From Ignicoccus pacificus DSM 13166 (GTDB lineage: Archaea > Thermoproteota > Thermoprotei_A > Sulfolobales > Ignicoccaceae), in NCBI GenBank assembly GCA_025340205.1, contig CP006868.1:1653058-1685057 (forward strand): a DNA stretch of 32,000 nt, written 5' to 3'. Within the stretch, counting starts at the first letter, position 1. Each line of letters starts with the position of its first letter. Positions 7,792-17,222 of this stretch are shown piece after piece. Both the position numbers and the translations under genes were made by a program. Below the pieces are notes generated by a model. That model saw only the letters and a program-made list of their open reading frames with translations, searched no databases and was not told the origin of the DNA.

Positions 7792-8409
7792 GGGATCTCC
7801 TCCGTAAACGACCGCTATGGGTATGTTACTCCTCTTCGCTATTTCTAGCGATAGAGCATCGAATAGTTCGTATCTGCCTGGCTCTTGTTTCCATCCAGAA
7901 CTCTCTAAGATCCTTTTGACCTCGTCGTAACTAACCTTACTCAGCTTCTTCGCTCCAGGACTGTTGGGGGGTTCTGTGTATATTGCGTCAACCGTAGTAG
8001 CATTTACGACCATGTCGGCGTTCATGAGTTCTGCCAACACTAGGGAAACGGCATTCGTCGACTGGCCCGGCTGCATCCCGCCCGCTATTACTACCTTACC
8101 AGAACTCATTAGCTCTAAGACTTCATTGACACTCTTTGGTACTTTCTTTATTGCGTTCTTCACGTGAAGACTTAGAAGTAAGGCGTTCAACCTCGCTGCT
8201 TCTATACCTATGAAATCCTTGAGGGACTTAGACTCAGGTGCATGTTCTATGTACTTCCTCGCAGTGGAACCGCCTCCTACGACCACGGCCATGTTATAGC
8301 CACGTTCATAAAGCTCATCAATAATCTTAGCGTATTCCTTGACCAACGGTTCGTCAAGAGGGGAGATGAACTTACCAGAAATTTTTATTACTACCTTCTT
8401 CATCTCCAT
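7735..8409 (-). CDS. pyrH: UMP kinase (archaeal type)
   Basis: Amino-acid kinase fold motifs 'VVIKISGK', 'VVVGGGSTAR' and 'VVIAGGMQPGQSTN'. 224 aa. Confidence 0.9.
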   Translation of the reverse strand: MEMKKVVIKISGKFISPLDEPLVKEYAKIIDELYERGYNMAVVVGGGSTARKYIEHAPESKSLKDFIGIEAARLNALLLSLHVKNAIKKVPKSVNEVLELMSSGKVVIAGGMQPGQSTNAVSLVLAELMNADMVVNATTVDAIYTEPPNSPGAKKLSKVSYDEVKRILESSGWKQEPGRYELFDALSLEIAKRSNIPIAVVYGGDPSNVRRAIVEGICGTLVTS

Positions 8410-8414
8410 TACCT

Positions 8415-9137
8415 TTACTTCAGTCCTAGGTACAGCTTTCCTATCTCTGGGTGTTCTAAGATCTCTCTAGCGGGTCCTGTATAGGCCACCTTGCCCGTCA
8501 CAAGTACGTATCCCCTGTCGGCTATCTCTAGTCCCTTCCTGGCGTTTTGTTCTACCAATATTATAGTAACGCCGCTGTCTCTGATTTCCTTAATCTTGTT
8601 CAGTACTAGGTCCACGTACTTAGGAGAGAGCGCTGCCGTGGGCTCGTCGAGAAGCATTACCTTTGGCTTAGCCATTAACGCTCTGGCCATTGCTAACATC
8701 TGTCTCTCTCCTCCTGAGAGGCTTCCAGCTAGCTGCTTCAGCCTCCCTCTCAAGTCTGGGAATATGTCTAACACCTCCTCCATTCTTCTTTCTACTTCCT
8801 TCTTGTCTTTGATAGTGTAAGCTCCCATTTCCAAGTTCTCTTTTACAGTTAAGTTGGTGAAGACGTTGTTGGTCTGAGGCACATACCCCACTCCCATTTT
8901 ACTTATCTTATCCAACCTCTCGTTGGTTATATCCTTACCTTCATAATAGACCTTACCCTTGAGGACCCTGGCTATACCCAATATGGCTTTCAGCAAAGTA
9001 CTCTTGCCGGACCCGTTTGGTCCTACTATGGTGACTATCTCTTGTCTTGTAACATAGAAGTCTATTCCGTGTAAGATTACCATCTTTCCGTAGCCCGCTA
9101 CTAAGTCCTTTGTCTCAATTACCTTGTCAGTCATCAT
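8415..9137 (-). CDS. livF: Branched-chain amino acid ABC transporter, ATP-binding protein (LivF type)
   Basis: Walker A 'GPNGSGKST', ABC signature 'LSGGERQ', Walker B 'LLDEPT'. 4-nt overlap with livG. Confidence 0.9.
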   Translation of the reverse strand: MMTDKVIETKDLVAGYGKMVILHGIDFYVTRQEIVTIVGPNGSGKSTLLKAILGIARVLKGKVYYEGKDITNERLDKISKMGVGYVPQTNNVFTNLTVKENLEMGAYTIKDKKEVERRMEEVLDIFPDLRGRLKQLAGSLSGGERQMLAMARALMAKPKVMLLDEPTAALSPKYVDLVLNKIKEIRDSGVTIILVEQNARKGLEIADRGYVLVTGKVAYTGPAREILEHPEIGKLYLGLK

Positions 9138-9910
9138 GCCTCACCCAAGTATATCTCTACCACTACGGGGTTTTCAGATACTTCCTCCGGTGTACCTTCC
9201 GCGACTATTCTTCCCCTATGCATGACGTAAACGTAGTCCACGTAGTCGAAGAGTATGTCTAATCTGTGTTCTATGATTAGCATGCTCATCCCTCTCTCAT
9301 CTCTTAGATGCCTCAAGAACTTGAATATCTCGTGAGCCAAGGTAGGGTTAACTCCGGCAGCTGGCTCGTCCAAGAGTAACATCTTGGGATCGCTCATCAA
9401 TCCTCTGGCCAGCTCTACCAGCTTCATCTGTCCTCCGCTTATCGCTGAGGAGAGGTTTTTGGCGATGTGTAGTATCTTCAATAGTTTCATAGTATCCACA
9501 GCCTTGTTTGCTATACCCAACTCAGCTCTCTTCCATATAGACCTAATCAAAGACTTGGCGTAGCTTTCACCAGGGTTGTTCCTAGCCGCAGTTAGTACGT
9601 TCTCGTATACCGTCATACCCTTGAACATTCTTGGGATTTGGAAAGTTCTTACTAATCCTAGGTGATATATCTTTTCTGGAGGCATCCCGGTTATGTCGTG
9701 ACCATCGAAGTATACCTTACCTCTATCTGGCTTATAGACTCCAGCTATAACGTTGAAGAGCGTCGTCTTCCCAGAGCCGTTTGGTCCTATCAGCGCAGTC
9801 ATTGTACCTCTTCTAACCCCCATTACTACGTCATCTAGTGCCACTATACCGCCGAAAGTTTTCCTTACGTGTTCAACCTTCAGTATGTAATCCTCACTCA
9901 TTTTCCTCAC
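9134..9910 (-). CDS. livG: Branched-chain amino acid ABC transporter, ATP-binding protein (LivG type)
   Basis: Walker A 'GPNGSGKTT', signature 'ISGGQMK', Walker B 'LLLDEPAAG', and the LivG-type C-terminal 'VIEIYLG'. Confidence 0.9.
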   Translation of the reverse strand: MRKMSEDYILKVEHVRKTFGGIVALDDVVMGVRRGTMTALIGPNGSGKTTLFNVIAGVYKPDRGKVYFDGHDITGMPPEKIYHLGLVRTFQIPRMFKGMTVYENVLTAARNNPGESYAKSLIRSIWKRAELGIANKAVDTMKLLKILHIAKNLSSAISGGQMKLVELARGLMSDPKMLLLDEPAAGVNPTLAHEIFKFLRHLRDERGMSMLIIEHRLDILFDYVDYVYVMHRGRIVAEGTPEEVSENPVVVEIYLGEA

Positions 9911-10937
9911 CTCCTTCTCCTTCTTTTAGGTAGTCTATCTCCTTCGGGGCCCTTTCCTCTAGGACCCTCCATGCGGGAGTTCGGACGGGCTTCTCTGGCA
10001 CTAATCCTTGTGGTCTGAACATCAGGAACAGTATGATTAGCAGACCCACTAGCATCGCTTGGAAGTAGTTGGGCTCTAGAGGTAAGTGTATGTAGTCCTT
10101 AGCTATTTGTGTTAATCTGTTTATTAGTATCACTATCGCTGTGCCGAGTACCACTCCCGCGTTGTTAGCCATTCCTCCTATGATTACCATAACCCAAATT
10201 AGGAATGTTACTAATGGTAAGAAGGTATCTGGGTTCAGATAGAGGAAGTAGAACGCGTAAAGCGCTCCGGCCAAGCCGGCTAAGGCGCTCCCGAGTGTTA
10301 GTGCCAGTAGCTTGTAACGATAGGTAAACTTTCCGATGCTCTTCGAGGCCAACTCGTCATCTCTTATACTCTTCAATACTCTTCCTAGAGGAGAGTTGCC
10401 CCACCTCTCTAGCAGTATGTAAGTGAAGAAGAACAAGACTACGGAAAGTCCTACGTATGCTATGGTTCTCTCAAACGTGTTGGTAATGAAGTCGAACGGC
10501 GGTTTTATTCCTCTAAGTCCGAATACTCCTCCCCACACGCTGTTGGTTGGCGTGTTTCTGAGTAGAATTCTTATCATCTCTCCAATGATTATGGTTGACA
10601 TGCCTAGGTAATCTTCCCTTAGCTTTACAGTAGGTATTGCTATGAAGGCACCTACTGCGGCGGCAGCTATGGCAGCGGCAATTAGGCAGAGAGGGAAGGG
10701 CACGCCGTATGCAGCAGAGAGAACTCCAGCAGTGTACGCTCCTACCGCTATGAAGCCTACCTTTCCGAAGTTGCTCAGGCCGGCGTAGCCGTACTCTAAG
10801 TTCAAGCTTAGTGCCGCTATGGCATAAAACGCTAAGAAGAATATCAGGTCTAACGTGTAGCTTACGTTCACTGCCGCGAACGCGGCGATTATACCGGCGA
10901 CAATTATTCCCAAGATCAAACCGGTCTTATCCACCAT
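9894..10937 (-). CDS. livM: Branched-chain amino acid ABC transporter permease (LivM type)
   Basis: Polytopic membrane protein with 'GYAGLSNFGKVGFIAVGAY' and 'IRDDELASKSIG', characteristic of the LivM/BPD_transp_2 family. Confidence 0.85.
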   Translation of the reverse strand: MVDKTGLILGIIVAGIIAAFAAVNVSYTLDLIFFLAFYAIAALSLNLEYGYAGLSNFGKVGFIAVGAYTAGVLSAAYGVPFPLCLIAAAIAAAAVGAFIAIPTVKLREDYLGMSTIIIGEMIRILLRNTPTNSVWGGVFGLRGIKPPFDFITNTFERTIAYVGLSVVLFFFTYILLERWGNSPLGRVLKSIRDDELASKSIGKFTYRYKLLALTLGSALAGLAGALYAFYFLYLNPDTFLPLVTFLIWVMVIIGGMANNAGVVLGTAIVILINRLTQIAKDYIHLPLEPNYFQAMLVGLLIILFLMFRPQGLVPEKPVRTPAWRVLEERAPKEIDYLKEGEGGEENE

Positions 10938-10948
10938 GGCTCCTCACC

Positions 10949-12298
10949 TCACGCCTTTCTCGTCTTAATTCCGGCTAGACCCTCTGGCTTGAGATACAGT
11001 ACTAACAGGAAGACGGAGAACGGAATCATAAACCTGTATCCGGTGTACTGGGGGTTGATCGCCGCTAAGACGCTAACTCCGAACTGCTCTGCAAAGGCTA
11101 GTATGTAGCTCGCCGCGAACGTTCCCCAGAAGCTACCTAATCCTCCCAGTACCGCTACGGCGAACGCGTTTAGTAGGATCATCCATCCCAGCTCTGGATA
11201 TATCTGGGTCTGAATGGCCCAGAATAGACCACCTATTCCAGCTAAGGCTCCGGCTACCAGCCACGCCAAGTTTACCACGCTGTCGACGTCTATTCCACAA
11301 GCGGCTGCCAGCACTGGGTTGTTAGCTACGGCCCTCCATGCTTTTCCTATTTTCGTCTTCTTGAACAGTAATGTCATTCCAATTATTACAGCTAGTACCG
11401 TTAGAGTGCTCCATATGTACAAGTCGGTGAACGACAGTACAGGTTGAGGGAACTTAAACATGACGTCTAGCGCATTCAGCTTGGTGAACGCTATGCCTCC
11501 AGCTCCTATCTTTATTGCTGGAATATATTCGGAGGCAAATGAAGCGGTTGTGTTAGCTATGACTAAAGTTCCGTTTATTATCCATGCTTGGAAGTTGCTT
11601 AACTGTACTCCGAAGTTCTGATAGGTTATCTCTTGTTTGAAGTACTGTCTGCTGTACCAAGTCATCTCATATAGAGCATACCTTATGAATAGGGCTACGC
11701 CGATGCTGGCAACCATCAGCTGTACTAGGCTAGCTCCTCTGTTTGATAGAGGTTTGTAGACTAGCACGTGAGAGAGTAGCGAGACTACAGCGCTCGCCAA
11801 CATGGCCTCGATGGTAGCTTCCCATAAGTTAGCGCCAGTGTAGCAAGCGAAGAGCACTACTGCACCCATCACTAGGAGCGCAGGACCCAAGACCATTAAC
11901 GTCGAGTTCTTTGTTTTTAAGTATGCTAAAGTTAAGATTATTCCAGATACTACGCCCACTAGGCCCACTTGGACTGCGAAGCCGTTGGGCGCTCCGCTGA
12001 GGACCGCGAAGTTGTAAAGCAAATAGGCAGCATAAGCACCTACGGTCGCTACGTCACCATGGGCGAAGTTTGCGAACTTAGCTACGGTGAATGTCATAGT
12101 GATACCGACGGCAATCAAGAAGTATAGATTTCCTAGAAGCAAAGTGTCAATAAAGATTTGTGGTATTTGTGGTGTTACTTTGGACCAAACGCTGGGACCC
12201 AGCGCTTGGTAGACGTATGCGGCGAGAACGACGACTATGGCCAGTCCTATCAACAACTTGGCGCGCGAGCTCAAGTGCATTATACGGGCCCCTAGCAA
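10949..12298 (-). CDS. livH: Branched-chain amino acid ABC transporter permease (LivH type), unusually long
   Basis: 'FANFAHGDVATVGAY' and 'KIGKAWRAVANNPVLAAACGID' are LivH-family motifs. 449 aa from TTG 12298; ATG 12280 is an alternative start. Confidence 0.85.
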   Translation of the reverse strand: MLGARIMHLSSRAKLLIGLAIVVVLAAYVYQALGPSVWSKVTPQIPQIFIDTLLLGNLYFLIAVGITMTFTVAKFANFAHGDVATVGAYAAYLLYNFAVLSGAPNGFAVQVGLVGVVSGIILTLAYLKTKNSTLMVLGPALLVMGAVVLFACYTGANLWEATIEAMLASAVVSLLSHVLVYKPLSNRGASLVQLMVASIGVALFIRYALYEMTWYSRQYFKQEITYQNFGVQLSNFQAWIINGTLVIANTTASFASEYIPAIKIGAGGIAFTKLNALDVMFKFPQPVLSFTDLYIWSTLTVLAVIIGMTLLFKKTKIGKAWRAVANNPVLAAACGIDVDSVVNLAWLVAGALAGIGGLFWAIQTQIYPELGWMILLNAFAVAVLGGLGSFWGTFAASYILAFAEQFGVSVLAAINPQYTGYRFMIPFSVFLLVLYLKPEGLAGIKTRKA

Positions 12299-12351
12299 GC
12301 CAAGGGGCGTAAGTATATAGCGTAATCGCAGTATATGCTTGGAATAAGTGG

Positions 12352-13242
12352 TCAGTACCTAAATATACTCGATTGGGAGACTGTAACCATATATGGTTGA
12401 GGTGAGTGGAGTCCTTCGACGAGTATAGCACCTCCTTCTTTATCCATGTAGTCTTGGACGGCAGTGAGGTAGTTGAACGCCATCGCTTGAAGATCCTTAC
12501 TCATGAGTTTAGCAAATGGTAGTAACTTTGTAAGTTCTTTCGCACTCATTGGTTGATCGTGAATGTCTACCTTATTTAATAAGTTGTCGAGAATTTGTGA
12601 GATAGCGTCTTCGCTAACTCTCCCTTCCAAGGATTCCAAAACAAGCTTTTCTATATAATTGAAATATTTGTTCGCTAATTCATACTCATAGTATATGCCA
12701 GATACGGAGAGGGCGTGCATTACTTGGGCCCTCCCGCCAATGCTCTCCTTAGGGGCAGAAGCCATCAGCTGCTCTACCAGATCTCTAAGTATTATCGCTT
12801 CCTTTGCTGAGGGAGGGGAACTGGGTATTAGGGGATCTATAGTACCTATTATTCCCCAAGGAGGTAGGAGTACCTCATCTGAGAGTAAGAGAAGGAGAGC
12901 CCCCATTGAGAGGGCGGAATCCAGCAATAACGTCGTAACTTTGCGTATTCCCATAGACCTCAACCTTCTCATTAAATGTTCAGCAAATAGAACGGTGGTT
13001 CCTATAGTATTATATACGATAACGACCTCCTCGCAGCTCCGCGAGGACATTTCTCTATGAAGTGTTCTAATAATATATGAAACGTCGCGCGTGTGTGACA
13101 TTAAGGCGTTTGGATACATGGATAAGTCCACGGAAGTATTTGAAACGGCGCTAATTACACAAGTGCCTTCAGGAAACTTACTGTTTATCATGTAGAGATA
13201 TCGCTGCCTCGATGAGAATTGATGTGGGACGTACGAGCTCAA
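12352..13242 (-). CDS. ClpP/crotonase-fold serine protease homologue (SDH / S49-like)
   Basis: 'DSALSMGALLLLLSDEVLLPPWGIIGTIDPLI' resembles the 'AMSGGTLIALAADEI...LGPIDPQ' core of serine dehydrogenase proteinase/ClpP-fold enzymes. TTG start; alternative ATG at 13191. Confidence 0.45.
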   Translation of the reverse strand: MSSYVPHQFSSRQRYLYMINSKFPEGTCVISAVSNTSVDLSMYPNALMSHTRDVSYIIRTLHREMSSRSCEEVVIVYNTIGTTVLFAEHLMRRLRSMGIRKVTTLLLDSALSMGALLLLLSDEVLLPPWGIIGTIDPLIPSSPPSAKEAIILRDLVEQLMASAPKESIGGRAQVMHALSVSGIYYEYELANKYFNYIEKLVLESLEGRVSEDAISQILDNLLNKVDIHDQPMSAKELTKLLPFAKLMSKDLQAMAFNYLTAVQDYMDKEGGAILVEGLHSPQPYMVTVSQSSIFRY

Positions 13243-13275
13243 CTCAGAGGCCCTCTCCGGGAGGCGTAGAGCGCA

Positions 13276-13779
13276 TTATAGAGATAACAACGCTCTCTCT
13301 TTACTGAACCTCTTGGTCGTTGCTATCAAGTAGGCAGAGCTAGCATGACGTCCAAAACCCTTCAGCTTAGTCTTCGAGGTATTATCCTCTGGAACTACAT
13401 AGACCTTTACGTTTTGAGGCAACTCTATCATCTCCGAAGGAGCACCGTTCCCTATTATTATCGCCTCGACAGCGAACTCGTTAAGGATTGAATTAACTAT
13501 GCTAGTTGCATCTTCCTTAGGACCTTCCCAAAGGTATATTGGATACTCGGCTGCGACGAGCGCCACGCCATACACCTTTCCCGGATCTATCCCAAGGTAT
13601 AATTTTGGCGAATAACCCAACCGTCTTTCTAACAACTTCAATATACAATCGCTTTCCGAAGTGCAGTTTACCGAGTAAGCGAAACGGAGGAGCTCACTTA
13701 GACCTAACTCGTTCAGCCTCCTTCTAATTTTATAGAGGAGGCGAGGGTTCACTAAGTTCCCCTGGCCTAGAAGGCACAA
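13276..13779 (-). CDS. Predicted RNase H-fold (RuvC/YqgF-like) nuclease
   Basis: 'LYLGIDPGKVYGVALV' matches the first-strand GIDPG motif of RuvC/YqgF-type nucleases. 'AIIIGNGAPS' lies further on. TTG start 3 nt after the ndk stop. Confidence 0.4.
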   Translation of the reverse strand: MCLLGQGNLVNPRLLYKIRRRLNELGLSELLRFAYSVNCTSESDCILKLLERRLGYSPKLYLGIDPGKVYGVALVAAEYPIYLWEGPKEDATSIVNSILNEFAVEAIIIGNGAPSEMIELPQNVKVYVVPEDNTSKTKLKGFGRHASSAYLIATTKRFSKERALLSL

Positions 13780-13782
13780 AAG

Positions 13783-14229
13783 TTAATATATCGCATGGGC
13801 GAACTCGTAGTCCTCTACGAGTTCCTCTTTTTTGAAGAATATACTCATTTCCCTCTCTACCTTCTCCGGCGAGTCGGTGGCATGGACTATGTTCCTGGCC
13901 TTACTTAAGGCAAAGTCACCTCTTATGCTGCCCGGCTCGGCCTCGGCTCCATCGGTGGCACCCACCATTCTCCTCACGACTTCAACAGCCCTCGGTCCCT
14001 CGACAACCATGACCACGACAGGTCCGGAGGTCACGTAGTTAACTAAGTCATCAAAGAACGGCTTCCCCTCGTGCTCCTTGTAGAGCTCGATTGCTTGCTC
14101 TTTACTCATCTTTATCATCTTTAAGGCTCTTAGTTTCAAACCCTTATTCTCAAATCTTTTGATGATCTCTCCTACTAGTCCTCTCTTAACTCCATCTGGT
14201 TTTATCATTACGAACTCTAGCTGAGTCAT
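13783..14229 (-). CDS. ndk: Nucleoside diphosphate kinase
   Basis: '[25 protein letters not shown]' and 'NIVHATDS' (active-site His). The track ORF extends to 14262, but ATG 14229 is preceded by GGTGAT and matches the usual NDK N-terminus. Confidence 0.9.
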   Translation of the reverse strand: MTQLEFVMIKPDGVKRGLVGEIIKRFENKGLKLRALKMIKMSKEQAIELYKEHEGKPFFDDLVNYVTSGPVVVMVVEGPRAVEVVRRMVGATDGAEAEPGSIRGDFALSKARNIVHATDSPEKVEREMSIFFKKEELVEDYEFAHAIY

Positions 14230-14234
14230 GGTGA

Positions 14235-14411
14235 TCACCTCATTCCATACTTCTTGGTCCATGGTAACTTTCTGGGATCTCTCTTCATCTTGAAACTCTT
14301 AAAGCACTTGCTGCTGCAAAACCACAAGATGGTACCATCTACCTTTACGTACATCAGTCCAGTTCCTGGCTCTATTTCTTTGCCACAGAAGTGGCACGTC
14401 CTTACCGGCAT
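14235..14411 (-). CDS. rpl24e: 50S ribosomal protein L24e
   Basis: '[18 protein letters not shown]...WFCSSKCFK' zinc-ribbon L24e signature. ATG 14411 is preferred over the upstream GTG 14417. Confidence 0.9.
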   Translation of the reverse strand: MPVRTCHFCGKEIEPGTGLMYVKVDGTILWFCSSKCFKSFKMKRDPRKLPWTKKYGMR

Positions 14412-14446
14412 CTCCACATACCCCCGTGACGCCCCTCTGGAATACC

Positions 14447-14452
14447 TTTAAA
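14447..14452. promoter_or_regulatory. Palindromic TTTAAA TATA-box candidate in the L24e / S28e divergent spacer
   Basis: TTTAAA about 36 nt upstream of the rpl24e ATG on the minus strand. This is only a sequence match to the archaeal TATA consensus. Confidence 0.3.
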
Positions 14453-14529
14453 GCAAAGCTTGAGAGTGAGCTGGGGTAGCGACTATGGTTGAGAAGATAT
14501 ATGTGGGCGAGTGGATAAACAAAATAAAC

Positions 14530-14745
14530 ATGACTGAGGAGATAGGTTTCCCTGCTGAGGTCATCCAGATTATAGGTAGAACTGGTGTCACCGGAGAGAT
14601 CACCCAAGTGAGGGTTAGGGTACTGGAAGGAAAGGATAAGGGAAGAATCCTCACGAGGAACGTTAAGGGACCGGTGAGGCTAGGAGACATACTCGTACTT
14701 AGGGAAACTGAGAGAGAGGCCAGAAAGCTCAGCGGAAGAAGGTAA
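14530..14745 (+). CDS. rps28e: 30S ribosomal protein S28e
   Basis: '[62 protein letters not shown]' is a near-consensus S28e. ATG 14530 gives about 71 aa. ATATAT at 14500-14505 would fit a leaderless transcript. Confidence 0.9.
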   Translation: MTEEIGFPAEVIQIIGRTGVTGEITQVRVRVLEGKDKGRILTRNVKGPVRLGDILVLRETEREARKLSGRR

Positions 14746-14760
14746 AGCAGAAACGAGACC

Positions 14761-15642
14761 CTACCATTCAATTTCTGCTATTGCCTTCACCAATTCCATA
14801 TCAAGTAATCCTCTCGTTACGGTCATACAAGCTTGACCGCGTCCCTTTTTCCATAGCAAATATGCTATACAGTCCAGCAACATATTGACTTCCAAGCTAC
14901 CCCAGTCTATCCTCCTGTAAAGTCGTGTCATAAACAGTATAACCAAGGTCTTTATCTTACGCGATGTTATATTGAGAACCTCATTTATCAACATTCTTCG
15001 TTCATTGGGATCAGCTATGGTTCTTGGGTTTACTTGGTTAATTACAAAAGCCTTGGGAAGGAAACCCATTGTCACTTCTGCCACCTTTAATGTTCTTTCG
15101 ATCTCTACAATGCTAGCCTGAGAGAGAAGCACGCTCTTCGCGTCCAAGGAAGAAATTACACACTTTAATATCGGTATATCAGCGAAGCTCGCAGCCGGCG
15201 TGTCCATGACTATCAAGTCGTAGTACTCCGATATAGTGAACAGAGTTTCGGCGACTTTCTTAGCAGCATACTCTATTCCGTGCTCTGCTATCTCGGCAGA
15301 GTACTTTATTGCAGACTCGATGGTTCCGGAGGGAATGACATGTAAATAACCGTTGTAGAGTGTATGTATGAATTTATCCAGTTCTCCACCGACTTCCAAT
15401 ACGTCATACCATCCCTTCAAGTTCCTAGCTTCCTCTCCTAGGAAGAACCTCGAGGCACCGTCTCTGAAGTCAGCGTCGATTAGCAAGACCCTCCTCTTAG
15501 CTTTGGCAGCAGCGCTTGCTGAGATCAATGCACTGGTCGTTGACTTTCCTACGCCACCCTTAATACCCCACACAGTGATGATCCTGCTATTTCGTAAAAG
15601 AGGAGGACAACCAAAATCTCTCTTCCTAGATCTTAACGGCAC
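14761..15642 (-). CDS. ParA/MinD-family P-loop ATPase (second copy)
   Basis: Deviant Walker A 'GIKGGVGKST', 'LLIDADFRDG', Walker B-like 'DLIVMDTPAAS'. Confidence 0.75.
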   Translation of the reverse strand: MPLRSRKRDFGCPPLLRNSRIITVWGIKGGVGKSTTSALISASAAAKAKRRVLLIDADFRDGASRFFLGEEARNLKGWYDVLEVGGELDKFIHTLYNGYLHVIPSGTIESAIKYSAEIAEHGIEYAAKKVAETLFTISEYYDLIVMDTPAASFADIPILKCVISSLDAKSVLLSQASIVEIERTLKVAEVTMGFLPKAFVINQVNPRTIADPNERRMLINEVLNITSRKIKTLVILFMTRLYRRIDWGSLEVNMLLDCIAYLLWKKGRGQACMTVTRGLLDMELVKAIAEIEW

Positions 15643-15725
15643 GATAAAACCCCCACATGCTGTGATGTTGAAACTAAGAAGCTTTGTAGTCCGCTACGCA
15701 TACGATCAACGGGTGACGTTAAACC

Positions 15726-17222
15726 TTGCCAGCAAGATTTGACGGTATTCAAGAAACACTCGTGGAAGCATTGGTGGAATCAATCAGAGTAGCGGAAACC
15801 CGTCTACCCAAATGGGTTTATGAGAAGCTCTTGAGAGCTTACGAAGAGAATGATGGGGTAGCAAAGGCTCAGCTAGCCGCTATATTGAAGAACATAGAAA
15901 TAGCGGCTAAGGAATCGAAGCCCATGTGTCAAGATACTGGCTTACTAGTGTTCGACGTCAAGGTGGGTGAGAGGTTTCCACTATCTATTGAAGACATAAA
16001 GAGAGCGATAATCGAAGCATCAAGAAGGGCTACTGGAGAGGTCCCGATAAGACCAAACTCTATGGATCCTCTGAGCGGTTACAATCCCGGCGACAATACC
16101 GGGAAGGGCGTTCCAATAATACACATAGACTTAGTGCCCGGAGATTATCTCGAGGTCAAGGTTAGACCTAAGGGAGGAGGAAGCGAGTATCCTACGAGGT
16201 TATGTATGATCCCTCCTTCTAAGGGGATTGCTGGAGTTCACGAGTGTCTACTAAGGACCGTTTACGAAGCTGCTGGAAAGCCATGTCCGCCCGGAATAGT
16301 GAGCGTTGCCTTCGGAGGAACGGTAGAGGAAGCCTTTAAGTTAGCTAAGAGTAACCTATATAGAGAAGGCAGACACGAAGAAGATAGGGTAAGGGAACTC
16401 GAGGAGAAGTGGCTCGATGAGATAAACCAACTTGGAATAGGACCTATGGGTTTAGGAGGCAAGACCACAGCATTAGATCTCAAGGTGGATTACCTTTATC
16501 GTCATCCCGCCTCCTTCCCAGTAGCCGTCACATTTAACTGCTGGGCGGCTCGCGAAGCAGCCCTCAAGATGGATCCTAATGGTAACTGGAAGATAATAAG
16601 CGAAAATGTAAGGCCAGAGGACTTGAAGAAGATCGAGCTGGGAGGTGCAGATGGAATAGAGCTGAAGCTACCCGTATCTGAAGAAGACGTTAGGAAGCTG
16701 AAGGCGGGAGACGTAGTCTACCTTACCGGGACCATAGTCACTGCCAGAGACGAAGCTCATAAGAAGATATTGGAAGAAGGCGCTCCTATAGACCTTAGAG
16801 GCTTGGCAATATATCATTGTGGCCCTGTCGTAAAGAAGGAAGGTGACGAGTGGAAAGTTATAGCAGCTGGTCCCACCACAAGTGCCAGAATGAACGATCT
16901 TCAAGCTCAAGTACTGGAGAAAACGGGGGCCAAGCTAGTAATAGGAAAGGGAGGTATGAAGGATGAACTTCTCGAAGATTTCAAGAGATTGGGAGCAGCT
17001 TACTTGGCCTTTACCGGAGGCGCCGCCCTTCTAGCTGCCAAGGCTATAAAGAGGGTCAAGGAGGTGTACTGGCTTGACGAGCTCGGAATTCCCGAAGCCA
17101 TGTGGGTGTTCGAGGTTGAACGCTTCGGTCCCCTAGTCGTAGCGATGGATAGTCACGGAAACAGCCTCTATAAAACTGTTCTAGAGAAGGCTAAGTCTAA
17201 GATGGAGGAGATGTTGAGGTGA
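15726..17222 (+). CDS. Class I (Fe-S) fumarate hydratase / tartrate dehydratase, fused alpha+beta domains
   Basis: N-terminal domain with 'PMCQDTG'. C-terminal domain with '[16 protein letters not shown]' and 'GKGG'. TTG start. Confidence 0.85.
   Translation: MPARFDGIQETLVEALVESIRVAETRLPKWVYEKLLRAYEENDGVAKAQLAAILKNIEIAAKESKPMCQDTGLLVFDVKVGERFPLSIEDIKRAIIEASRRATGEVPIRPNSMDPLSGYNPGDNTGKGVPIIHIDLVPGDYLEVKVRPKGGGSEYPTRLCMIPPSKGIAGVHECLLRTVYEAAGKPCPPGIVSVAFGGTVEEAFKLAKSNLYREGRHEEDRVRELEEKWLDEINQLGIGPMGLGGKTTALDLKVDYLYRHPASFPVAVTFNCWAAREAALKMDPNGNWKIISENVRPEDLKKIELGGADGIELKLPVSEEDVRKLKAGDVVYLTGTIVTARDEAHKKILEEGAPIDLRGLAIYHCGPVVKKEGDEWKVIAAGPTTSARMNDLQAQVLEKTGAKLVIGKGGMKDELLEDFKRLGAAYLAFTGGAALLAAKAIKRVKEVYWLDELGIPEAMWVFEVERFGPLVVAMDSHGNSLYKTVLEKAKSKMEEMLR

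Noticed and set aside
12147-12431. 94-aa ORF spanning the livH start and the end of the ClpP-fold gene
   Set aside because: It is out of frame with two better-supported genes and bridges them. It has no motif and is most likely spurious.
14299-14771. Minus-strand ORFs of 102 and 107 aa overlapping rps28e, rpl24e and the spacer
   Set aside because: They overlap near-consensus ribosomal protein genes out of frame or antisense. Their composition is Leu/Ser/Pro-rich and no motif is present.
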